64,000 nucleotides of DNA, taken from Antedon mediterranea. Lineage: Eukaryota > Animalia > Echinodermata. The notes under the pieces were generated by a model. It had not been told where the DNA came from. It made no database searches and worked only from the letters and a program-made list of their open reading frames with translations. Of the stretch, positions 23,560 to 33,960 are shown piece after piece; position 1 is the first letter of the stretch; each line of letters opens with the position of its first letter. Position numbers and translations under genes: made by a program. The stretch lies in the NCBI RefSeq assembly GCF_964355755.1, contig NC_092670.1, positions 39,606,388-39,670,387 of the forward strand, written 5' to 3'.

Positions 23560-24266
23560 GATCGACATACCTGCCTGCGCATTGTTAGCCTGTTGCTTTT
23601 GCAGTTGTCGATATGAGCTGCTGGCCGATGCTCCTGTAGTTGTAAGATGAGACGAAGAGCGCTTACCAGCTTCTTTTGCCTCAATATACGAAATGACAGC
23701 TTCCAATGTCATATCTTGGTTGCGCTCCCCAAGTAGGTCAAGCTGAATCTCCTGATCTGCCAGGCCACGTACCAAAACATCTTTCACCATCTCATCCGAA
23801 TAATAGATATCGGTCTGGCAGTTCGTACACTTTACAGTGGATTTGCAAACAGACGACTGTCCACGAACACGTGCAGCAAACGACCGTATAATCTCATCTC
23901 GATCTTGACTCATGTCTTGGAGAGTTACACGGCCAACCATGCGATTCTCCTCTCTAACAGCCAACTTTCTCATTCCAGCGAGGATATCTGCTTCGGGCTT
24001 TGTAGTTAATACACCTGTGGTTGATCGGATCAGGTCCTTCCTTAGCTGATCATCGCAGCATTCCAGCAGCTGGACGTTTCTTTCCTTTCCAGTGATTTTG
24101 GTAGCTTCAGCATACTCATTCCACCTTGACAGGAAGTAGTCCCACTCCTCGCTGGTGCCTGCTGATGATATCGATGGCCGTTTAACCCGTTCAACCTTAG
24201 TCTGGTTCGAAGCAGAGTGTGAGCTGGCATGTGCAGTGAGCAGTGCAGCAACTATGGCATCTCCTA
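23560..24266 (-). pseudogene. Gypsy B gag (truncated, zinc knuckle deleted)
   Basis: AIVAALLTAH..H, KVERVKRPSIS..GTSEEWDYFLSRW, QLLECCDDQLRKDL, MSQDRDEIIRSFAARVRGQ and VLVRGLADQEIQLDLL are typical Mag-group Gag motifs. Confidence 0.85.
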
Positions 24267-25991
24267 GGCCTAGTCTAAATAGGCCCCTGTCAAATGTGTT
24301 GTGGGTCACTACTCCCCTACTACTAGGGTAGTATTACTAGGCCTACCCGGTGTAGCTGTGGCTAGTAGTAGGCCTAGTTTTAGTGAGTAGAGAGAATAGT
24401 TTAACTGGTCGTGGATGTAAGGGATTTTTATATTTTACAATACAATTACAAGTCACATACAAACAATAAATGTTGATGAGATTCAATTCCAGGCCTAATT
24501 CTACTACTGGCTAAGCTTGGAAGCCTAGTTAGTAAACTACAGTAGTACGTAGTAGTAGTAGGCTAGCCTAGTGAAACATTTATTAACCATGCAACAACAA
24601 ATTTATTTACACTGTAGTAACATTATATTCACATTCCATGTACCAGTCCATATATATTCATAATACATAATGATACAATATAACTATTTTTGTTCAGGCC
24701 TAGGCCCTAGTAGTACTGGAAAACGAAGAAATGGTATGCTATTGTTAGAAATGTGAAAAACAATTGGTGTTTGGTAAGTCATTTTTTCTATTAAAAAACA
24801 CTTTATTGTTTTACAGCACACATTAAATTTAAGTATACTAATATATAAAACCATAACCAATTCTGTCCTTTTTTTTAAATGGCTATTTAATTGCAAAAAT
24901 GAAAAATATTGATTTTAATAATAATCAACAAATTGAATTGAAATTTATCAAGACATTTTTTGTCTTACATCATACAGTACGGCAAACTATAAAATTGAAA
25001 ATTTGGAATAAAATACTGTAGTATAATTTGTTTTTAAATGGTTTTTTTTAAATTGTTCTTCACATTTGGGTTTTGAAACTGAACTTGTGAAAGAGGAAGT
25101 AAAATTGAATCCAACAGTACCAAGTATGATGAGCGTGTATACCAGATCATCAAATTAAAGCCCTGAGGTAAATTTTATTTTCTTGTTTAATCACATATGT
25201 ATGTACAATATTTTACACATCCCCATGTTTTCATTCTTTATTCAGTCTTCTGATTTTCTGGATTTCTTGATTGGTATTTGTACCTGCTGTATTTCTGGAG
25301 AGGTAAATGTCAGATGGGATTTCATTATAGACATTAGCTGATCAAGATTATTTCTTATACAATGAACTGCCCTTTTCCGTCTGTTGAACTCTGAGTGGAT
25401 TAATTCTCCACCTTGTTCTGCAAGTAGGCCGATGCCCACCTTCCATCGACGCATAAATGGTACAGAGTGATGCTCCAACATGGGGAGTTTCGGCTGTACC
25501 ACACACCGGGGGAAATCTTTCTGTATTCTACAGAGAATGACTTTATTGCATGTTCTATATTGAAGAAATTAAAAATTATTAAGAGTTATTCTTATGTATA
25601 TCTACTGTTATTCTTGATGGTTGCAATACCCCTTTTCATGCTTTTAAACATGATTTTGCACAAAAATCTCATTGTATAATGCACTACTGTATTATTTTTT
25701 ATTTTGGACTTACCATATGCATCAATTTCAGGATCATCAATGAATCGTGTATGGTTGATGCATGCATGAACTTGACTAAACAGTTTAAATGGTGGCGTAA
25801 ATGACTGTCTTATCTTCGACAGTTTTGTCGCTAGAATGGTTGTGTGTTTGTCTTTGCAATGATGCATCTGTTGCTTCAATACAATTTCCAATCCATCCAT
25901 TAACTTGTCTATAATGTTAAACTGAGAAAAGAATGGTATTTTTGAGTGTTGGACAATTTGTGTGCAAGAGAGTTATTCATCTTTATGTCAA

Positions 25992-27493
25992 TTTAATTAG
26001 GTTATATGCATGATATGCATATAACCTCTTGATTCTGTCAGAATCTTTATTTATTTCTTTATTTATTTATTTATTTATTTATTTATTCTTTCCTTAGCAC
26101 TATTTGTCCGTTAATTATCTTGATATCAGTTTCATCTAACTAAGTAAATTTTTCAGAGTATATTCCTTATGGCCAGGAATCGATGTGGTTATGTTTTCAC
26201 GGTGCGCAATCAAACATTACGCGGTCTACGCGCGATTTAACGAAATCACGTTTGTAATCATATCTTCACAAGCATGAATCACTTTTAAACAAAATTTGGT
26301 ACTCATAAATTTCAGGTCATATTTCATCATATGGCAATACAATTACGTGCGTAGCGCATATAACGCATGCGTACGCGCGCTTAAAATGTTCAAAATTGTC
26401 AGAATTTATTTTCGATGAAATTAGAGTACGTTTCAGGCAATTTTAAGCGTTTAAAAATTGCCATGAGTGCGCAGATTTTTGCACGCGCACTGCGCGTCAA
26501 ACGTTAATGCGCACTGTTTGTATCCGATTACTGTTGTATAACCTTTCTTTAATAATATCATCATATTTTATTCACTTTTCAACGCGAAACAGCGTTATAC
26601 GAGCACGTCAAAAGTGACGGGCTACGCACGTGTAAGTTAACAAAATGGTGAAAATATGCTAAATTTTAAAATTAATATATATCGTTAGAATGCTCGGGAA
26701 CACCTATTTTTTATTTAATTTTCTTGAAGTGTATGTATCATATGTATGATTTATTATGAAATTAGAAGAACAAAAGTTGATTAAGTCATCATTAATGGCA
26801 TATTAAATTTAACAAAATTAATTTCGACAATCAAACAAATTATAACATTTTCTTAGGCCAAAATAACAAACTTAACGTTAACTTTCTTCCTTAAGAAGTT
26901 CATATATTAAAGTTAAAAGTATATAGTTTGACAGTGCATCATTTTTTTTAATTTTTAAAGATGTCATCATAGTAAAACATTATAATTCATTGCGGTATGT
27001 AATAATCTATCTGCACCAAAGTGGTTACTGCATAGTAAATACACGGAGGAATCTTTCCATAACTTTTAGTCAGTTGTGTATGGCTCGGTGGTCTTTGCTC
27101 GCGTCTATAGCATTCAAGTACCGAGATCGAGTCTCACCTTGGGAAACGAAACAAAATAAGTTTTTTTTTATTATCCGTATTGTTTGTTCAAATTTATTTC
27201 TTAGTGTATAGATTATACACATGATTTATAATGAAATCTAGATAAAAATTAACTTATGTCTTTATTATTATGTAACAACAAATGTGGTTTATGACATTAT
27301 ACGCATATGGATCTTTGATCGGATTGTGATACCGGCTATGGTGTTCGCGTTAGCAAGGTCCTATCATATATTATAAATAATTAAAGATTCTGAGAAAATC
27401 AATCAATCAATATATCTTTTAAAAATCAATTATCTTTATTTAAATCAATGCATATAACCTATAATTCGTCATAGTGACGAATTAAATCTAGTT
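25992..27493 (+). mobile_element. Non-autonomous Helentron/HINE element inserted in a transposase intron
   Basis: 5' palindrome AGGTTATATGCAT-GAT-ATGCATATAACCT (25999-26027), (TTTA)n, core shared with 11460-11950, 3' subTIR ATGCATATAACCT (27448-27460), hairpin AATTCGTCA-TAG-TGACGAATT and end CTAGTT. Confidence 0.75.
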
Positions 27494-29015
27494 TGTAATT
27501 AGATATTCATAATTTCTTTAATTAAGAGACTTTGACCATTTTAGTACTTACTTTGCATGCTCTATACACATGATTGCCAACAAAACTTTTCCTGTGATAT
27601 TGTTGTCGGGGAATTTTGTTTGCTGTTAAAATGTTGTCCATTTCTGTACATAATGATCCGGTTGCATATTTGATTTCTTCATATATAGTAGATTGCTGAA
27701 ACACAAATACATATTTTGCTTTTAGTGATTATTTCTAATTGAATAGTTTAGTAAACTAAAAAATAAAATTAACTAACCAAGTCTTTAACACTTTGTTCTT
27801 TCAGATATATTTTGTTGGTGATTTCAGAAATTTCGTTAGCATCATTGTGCTTCACTAGTGACAGAGAGAGTGTATTTCTCAGTTCATCAAGCTCCTCATT
27901 TACAGAACTGATTTTTTGTGTACATGAACTTCGTTTTGATGCTGCTTGCAAAATTGTCTTCTCAAAGTCTGGCAGGTTACTACCTAATGATATTAAGTTA
28001 ATTTATAGTGATCATGAATTGGAAATTTTTCTGGAAAAATGTCAACATTTTATTAGAAAAAAAAAGTTTTTACCAATCTGAATAGCAGCATCCTGTCTCA
28101 TATTAAATATGATGAGATCTAAGTTATGGACTTCTTTTTCAAGTTGATCATACATCTTCTTAAAGAGACCTAGCGAGATATGAAGTGCTGGAATTGATAC
28201 CTAGAAAATATTAATTTTGTAATACATGGAATTATATAATGGAGAATAAAGGTAATACATGTTAATGTTATGATACTAATAATTCTGAAATTACAATTTG
28301 GTGAAATAAACATAACAAACAAAAAAAACATAAACAAAATGTACTCACCATTTGGCCCAATCAATCCATATAACCGGCAAAGGAAGTCATAATCCCCAAA
28401 CACGAACAATCTGATTTTGTGGGTTCTGAAAAAAAATTACTTTTATATATTAGACACAAAATTAACTATCTGTCATGTAAATCATTGGCAAATTACATGA
28501 TAGTAGTTTATTCTTCTTTATACAGTAGGGTTTAAAAAAATATAAATCATGGTTTGATGATTGCATTAACTTACTGTTGTGTTGTTGGGGAAGTCCACTG
28601 ACATCCTTCCAACTCCATTATTTCATCTAATATAAGGTCTAGTCCCTTCTCGATATTGACTGTCAAGTCTGGAGCCTCAAAGACAAGTACAACCATTATG
28701 TTGTACAAAGCATTTGGTTTCTCCAAACAACAAAGTTGGAGCTCGAATTTCGTTGAATTCCCACCCTTGTCCCCACCAAATTAAAAAAAAATATCACCAT
28801 CATGGTAGTGCAACGGTTGTTCTGACCTAAATAAATAATTGTATAAGTGAGAAATTTGGCATCTAAAATTGTATAAAGGTTACATAAAGATATAATACAG
28901 TACAATTGTTAACCATAATAGAATAATAATGAAATAAAGTTGAACTTACATGTCATACTGATTTAAGTAGTCGAACACCAACTGTTTTATGTTTGTCAAC
29001 CTAACAACAGGGGGT

Positions 29016-29657
29016 ATTGCTAAACCCTGCAAACCCCCGCAAACCTCCAAAAAAACATAGCAAACCCCATCGAACCAACATAAAAGTGATTGAATCATGT
29101 AGTGTACAACGTATATCCATGTAAACAAAATATTACATTTTTACTGTTAACTAATTATTTTTGGGGTGAAACATCATTTTATTGGTCAAAAATGATTGTT
29201 AAACCCTGCAAACCTCCCAAAAAATATAGCAAACCCCACTGAACCAACATAAAAGTGATTGAATCATGTAGTGTACAACTCACTAGGTATATCCATGTAA
29301 AAAAAATATTAAATCTACTGTTAACTACTTATTTTTGGGGTAAAACATCATTTTTTGGTCAAAAATTATTGCTAATTTTTAACCAAAAAATGATGTTTTA
29401 TCCCCCAAAAAGTAGTTAACAGTAGAAATTTTATAATTTATATACCCAGTGGGTCGTACACTACATTATTTAATCACTTTTATGTTGGTTCGGTGGGGTT
29501 TGCTATAGTTTTTTGGAGGTTTGCGGGGTTTAGCAATCATTTTTGACCAAAAAAATGATGTTTTACCCCAAAAATAAGTTGTTAACAGTAGAACTTTAAT
29601 TTTTTTTAACATTAATATACACAGTGGGTTGTACACTACATGATTCAATCACTTTTG
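29016..29657. repeat. Foldback array of ~180-bp units (two direct, two inverted) interrupting the transposase
   Basis: Unit ATTGCTAAACCCTGCAAACC...ACATAAAAGTGATTGAATCATGTAGTGTACAAC...ACTGTTAACTA occurs at ~29016 and ~29193, and inverted at ~29380-29657. Confidence 0.75.
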
Positions 29658-31843
29658 GCGTTACAACTCTGTTGATCCCCGTAACTTTAACGATCAACAA
29701 TAAAAAATGTCCGGAAATCATGATATTCTATCCCTCTATCCGCCAAAAACAGAATTTAAATCTTACCCGCCCTTGCGTTTTTAAAGACATTTGCCCATTT
29801 GTCACATCTTTGTGTACCAGTTTATGAGTCAATTTTGTCAGTTCTGTAGGGTACACATTACTTGCAGCTGTAGTTTCTTCAATTTGATGCACAGCATTTT
29901 GAATAGTCATAAATTGCACAAACCAACAGTGGTGTTGGTAGTCTGGAAGGGGTGTCCATATTGGGAATAATGGCATATGTAGAGTCTATACAGGTAGGGA
30001 TCTCACGAAATAGACGCCTGTTCTTTGTCGGTCTTGCAACTATGGTCTACTGTTCCCATTAAACATAACTCTTCCTTGCATATGCGACATGTAAGTGAAA
30101 CAGAAGTTAATGAATGTTCTAAAATTGTTGGAATTTTGATCAGATTATCTTTATTAAAATTGAAGCCGCAAATAAAACATGGAATTGATGGTTTCAAAAG
30201 GGCATTAAATAATTTATTGACACAGAAGGTACAAAAGAAATGGGAACAGGGTGTCTGGATGCTATCAAGTGACAACAGGTTGTTGCAAATATTGCACTGA
30301 TAGATTTCATCAACTTGGTTAAAAATTACAAACTGCCGACTGACTGCAGGAAGTGGAGTGATATCTTTCGAAAATATACCACTCTTGCTTCTTAGATTAG
30401 AAGGCTTCGGTCTTGGGCCTGGTCTTTGCTAATTTGTATACAAGTAACAGGTTACACAATGATTTTCGCTATGCGATTGAAACTGAAAAGGTGTCAAAAT
30501 ATGTCCCTTACAAAATTTGGAATGGCAGGTTGAACATAGTGCTTTGGGAAGATTAATATTTTCAACATCAAATGATTGTGGTGTGATTTTCATATTTTCT
30601 AAATTATATCTTTCATCATTACGTTTAATTTTTTTCCCACAACAGAAACATATTGACGACAGCGCCTTTCCGTGAAACTCCATGTTCTGCAAAACAAAAA
30701 AATGTTGATATAGTCTTTGGCCTACAGTAATAGGCTATACAATGGTACATATTCAAAATGTATAGGCCTACCTCAGTATAATAAATATTACCAGCCTACT
30801 TGCAACATACAAAATAATTTATAAACATATAGATAGATATATGAGAAAATTAACACTTTCAACTTTCGACAAGGTAGACTACAAAATAACTTGACAATCA
30901 ATTCCTAGGCCTAGAGTTTAGGCCAGCATATTAGGTACGCTCGGCGCGGTCATCCCCGCGCCTCTAATTCGTGTGTAGCCAACCGTTACACAGTTCGTTC
31001 GGAAAGAGAGGTGTACATTCGGCCGATTTATTCAATTTTTTTACCGTCACCTTTTTACCTTTCCTAAACCTATTTATTTATATAATATTGATTTATCACA
31101 TAGATTAGTAAATATAGTATTACTTAATAATTAAGATTGCAAACAAAATAAGTACAGATTCAAGGATAATTTTATTAACTTACGTTGTTTACAACTATGT
31201 GGCGCTGTTCATCGTTGTTATTGTTTTACTTCCGTATATAGGCCTAGCCTAGGCCTAGTCGTTGATTTATTAAAAAAAATACACTTTATAATAATTTATT
31301 TAATATTTCACCCTAAATCTTAGGTAGAATGATTATTTTATAATAACATGTATGAATACGCTAATCAAAATGTTTATATATGATGTTTACACTTCGACGA
31401 TAAAAGTGTTATCATAATCGCCGATTTCGTTGACAATGTAAATAGAATTCAAGGCTCGCGCGGTTTCCGTAATCACTCTGTGAACGTCGTCTGCTACCAC
31501 CCTCCTCCGTCTCTGAGGGCGCTTTCAGAAAAATTATGCATAGCGCGGGAACAGCTGTGGCCTAACTATAGCAAGTGGCGGTTTGGCATGAATGAGTATA
31601 AAGACTAAAGTAGGCCTAGCTAGGCATAACCTAACAAATTTATAAAAATCCTGGCTAGGTCTACTCAGTACTTACCTTCAGCCTCAGGTAGTCTTTTGAC
31701 AAAATTATAAATTATTATTTGGCTTTCAAGGACGCTGTCTGCTGGCTATAAAAACGTGAGAAATGCGCTAATCTCTCGACCACACAATCGATTGTTGTTG
31801 ATCGATGATGATCTGTCAACATACCACAAGAAACTGACAATTA

Positions 31844-32661
31844 CAGAGCCATATATAAAGAGTTACGACATTGAAAATTAGAAGCCATTTTTGTGTCAAA
31901 GAATTCGCACGCTGAGGGCGCGCGCGTCTCTTTTGTATAGCGTTTTCCTATAGTTCATGCATTATTTTTAGATTTTTTTGTCTATGAAATAACGCTTTAT
32001 ATTCCGTTTTTATTTTAGTAATTAATTTTATTAATGGTATTAATTTGGTAACATATATATATTGTGTCTATAATAACAAAAGAATAAATGCTAGGGCCTA
32101 CATGCAAGTCAGGATACATCAAAGCATGAACCAATACAAAAACACACAAATTCACCCCTCTTTTTATACAGTATATGGCTCTCTGTGTGTTTTTGACACC
32201 GCAAACTTTCAGAGACTCGTTCATCATTTCATTTGTAATAATTTGCCTTTATTATTTTAATATTGTTCATACCCTATTCAATATATTAACAAATATATCC
32301 ACGACACTTTATTATTTTATTTAGTCATCAAAGCATGCATTATGAATTGAAAATATTACATAATTGTTATTAATGGGACGTAGTTATGGGATGTTTTGTT
32401 CCAAAATCAATCAATCGAACGTTATAATGTACTAGAGCACGCGCGCGCAATATTCTTTGGCGCAAGTACTTCTGTACGCTGTGCACATCGATATTTCACC
32501 GTAAAATGTGCAATTACATTTTTTTAAATATAAGAAAAAGTTTAAAGTATTTTGTTGCTCCTATACTTTACATGCATTAATGCAGACAAGTTTGACACAT
32601 TTTGATCTGCATATCACGTGACTATAATCCAATGTCGTAACTCTTTATACATATGGCTCTG
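31844..32661. mobile_element. Non-autonomous hAT element (818 bp)
   Basis: TIR CAGAGCCATATATAAAGAGTTACGACATTG...CAATGTCGTAACTCTTTATACATATGGCTCTG with a perfect 8-bp TSD GACAATTA (31836-31843, 32662-32669). Confidence 0.92.
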
Positions 32662-33070
32662 GACAATTATATGCAACAACGCCCTCTAAAATTGCACTAA
32701 CGAGATCAAAGATTTAAACACGCGTACCGCCATCACACCACCACCGCCCACTTTTACGTCACACGCGCTATGACTGTTACGGATGGGTGACTGCATAAAA
32801 AACATGAACAATGAAGGTGAATCAAATCAGACTTTAAATAGGCCATTTTGCAGTTTTAATAAAGTTTAACAAAAGAATAATTATTTCACTTATAAAAAGA
32901 CAAAAGAAACAATTAATTTTAAACAAAAACATTGTCTTTGACTGACAATTTAAGTAATTTTTACATTTTTACAGGTAAATAATTTTTTTTCCGATCCAAT
33001 TTTTGGTAAAGTGAATAAGAATTATGTGACATTAAAATGGCATATAAAAAAAATTGAATAATAAAATTTA

Positions 33071-33091
33071 GGGGGGACATTATATCTTTAA
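33071..33091. mobile_element. Orphan Kolobok-like right terminus
   Basis: GGGGGGACATTATATCT-TTAA resembles the right end of the Kolobok MITE at 58619-59057. No left partner was found. Confidence 0.4.
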
Positions 33092-33639
33092 AATCATGCA
33101 TGTTATTTTGCACATCACTAAGCTTGGCTCTACGCACAGTAAAACAATATCAAACTTTAATTTCTTTCAATTTTGTTAAATTTTGTTTTCATTATTTGTT
33201 AAGAAACTATTTTTATTTTAAATAACATTATATAATTACTGATAAATAAAATATTTTTACAATATACAACGTACATAATTAATAAATGGATTTAATACGT
33301 GCCTTCTAGGCAAAAAATAAACAGTATAGCCTAATACCTAATAAGTACTGTACGTAACTATTATATTAAACCTATGATTAAGTTAAGTTTATCTTATTGC
33401 ACTCCACCCTTACTTTTAATTTGTTTATGATACCAGGTACTACAAAATCAGTACCTTTTTATAATAAAGTATTACAAAATATAATACTATTTTATTTAAT
33501 GCAGATTAACTTAAATAATGTATTTGTTAATTTCATCACCACCATTTTTAAATATGCAATTATTTGTTTGTTAAATTGAAACCACTAAACCATGTTTTGT
33601 TCAATCACTATACGATAAATTATTTTTATTTTAAATTAA

Positions 33640-33942
33640 GGGCATGTGGCGCAGTGTGTTGGAAGTTGGATTACTGATCGTGAGATCGTGGTTCGAACTC
33701 TCGCCACATTGCTTGATCCTTAGGCAAGATCCTTTACTTACATTTGTGTCTCTCCACCCAGATATATAAAATGGATACCGTTACACCAAGACATAACTTT
33801 GCGCTGATTTCTAGCTGCATTATGGGAGTATGTTTCCATACATGTTTGATAAAAAAAATGACCGGGGTAATAATGTGCAGCGGCGCAGTCAGAGCTTGCT
33901 TATATGCGCTATATAAGAATGAACTATTATTATTATTATTAT
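33640..33942 (+). mobile_element. tRNA-derived SINE with central core and L2-like tail
   Basis: A box TGGCGCAGTG and B box GGTTCGAACTC, core CCTTAGGCAAG...CTCTCCACCCAG...AAATGGATACC, tail GCGCTATATAAGAA..(TAT)n. A partial second copy lies at ~37400-37498. Confidence 0.8.
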
Positions 33943-33960
33943 AAATTAGAAAACAATCAA

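Larger units (their letters stand above)
20183..24266 (-). mobile_element. Gypsy LTR retrotransposon B (Mag/SURL-like), decayed, both LTRs missing
   Basis: Order gag-PR-RT-RH-IN on the minus strand with several frameshifts. Gag is cut just after its start, and the integrase tail is displaced to 15127-15218. Confidence 0.9.
25242..30683 (-). pseudogene. Multi-exon Chapaev-type (CMC superfamily) DDE transposase with RAG1-like N-terminus (Chapa domain + C3HC4 RING + ZFA-like finger), decayed
   Basis: Exon ~29766-30683: H-x7-CFCCG...LCSTC...H..HCVTC, in-frame TAG at 30429, PGPRPKP, RING CNIC..PCSHFFCTFC..PCFIC, CRIC..HSC, KTQGR|GTAAG. Further exons: ~28950-29013 (QLVFDYLNQYD); ~28574-28826 (FGGDKGGNSTKF..PNA..FEAPD, first D); ~28349-28426 (LFVFGDYDFLCRLYGLIGPNG, second D); ~28074-28200 (PALHISLGLFKK); ~27778-27983; ~27552-27696 (SFVGNHV); ~25713-25922; ~25242-25555 (PKLPMLEHH..GLLAEQGGELIHSEFN, catalytic E). 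Stops, a frameshift and insertions indicate inactivation. Confidence 0.8.

Noticed and set aside
17186-23891. Antisense and overlapping short ORFs within both Gypsy elements
   Set aside because: They are shadow ORFs of GC-richer coding sequence with no motifs of their own.
29620-29626. CACAGTG heptamer inside the transposase locus
   Set aside because: It lies in a foldback repeat unit, other units lack it, and there is no nonamer at 12 or 23 bp.
25242-30683. Calling the gene RAG1/RAG1L
   Set aside because: Core motifs (GGDKGG, GDYDFL, LHISLG, PK.H...H, EQG.E..H) match Chapaev-type transposases rather than RAG1 (CDGMG, GYDEK, LHCDIG, SEGNE).
13585-31559. 12-bp inverted match CACAGCTGTTCC (13585) / GGAACAGCTGTG (31548-31559) as RSS-like TIRs of an 18-kb RAG transposon
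   Set aside because: No TSD (ACACA versus GCCTA). The left copy follows a Harbinger-like MITE end (AGCGTGGTTCCCACTAG...) and seems to be part of it. The motif core is partly self-palindromic.
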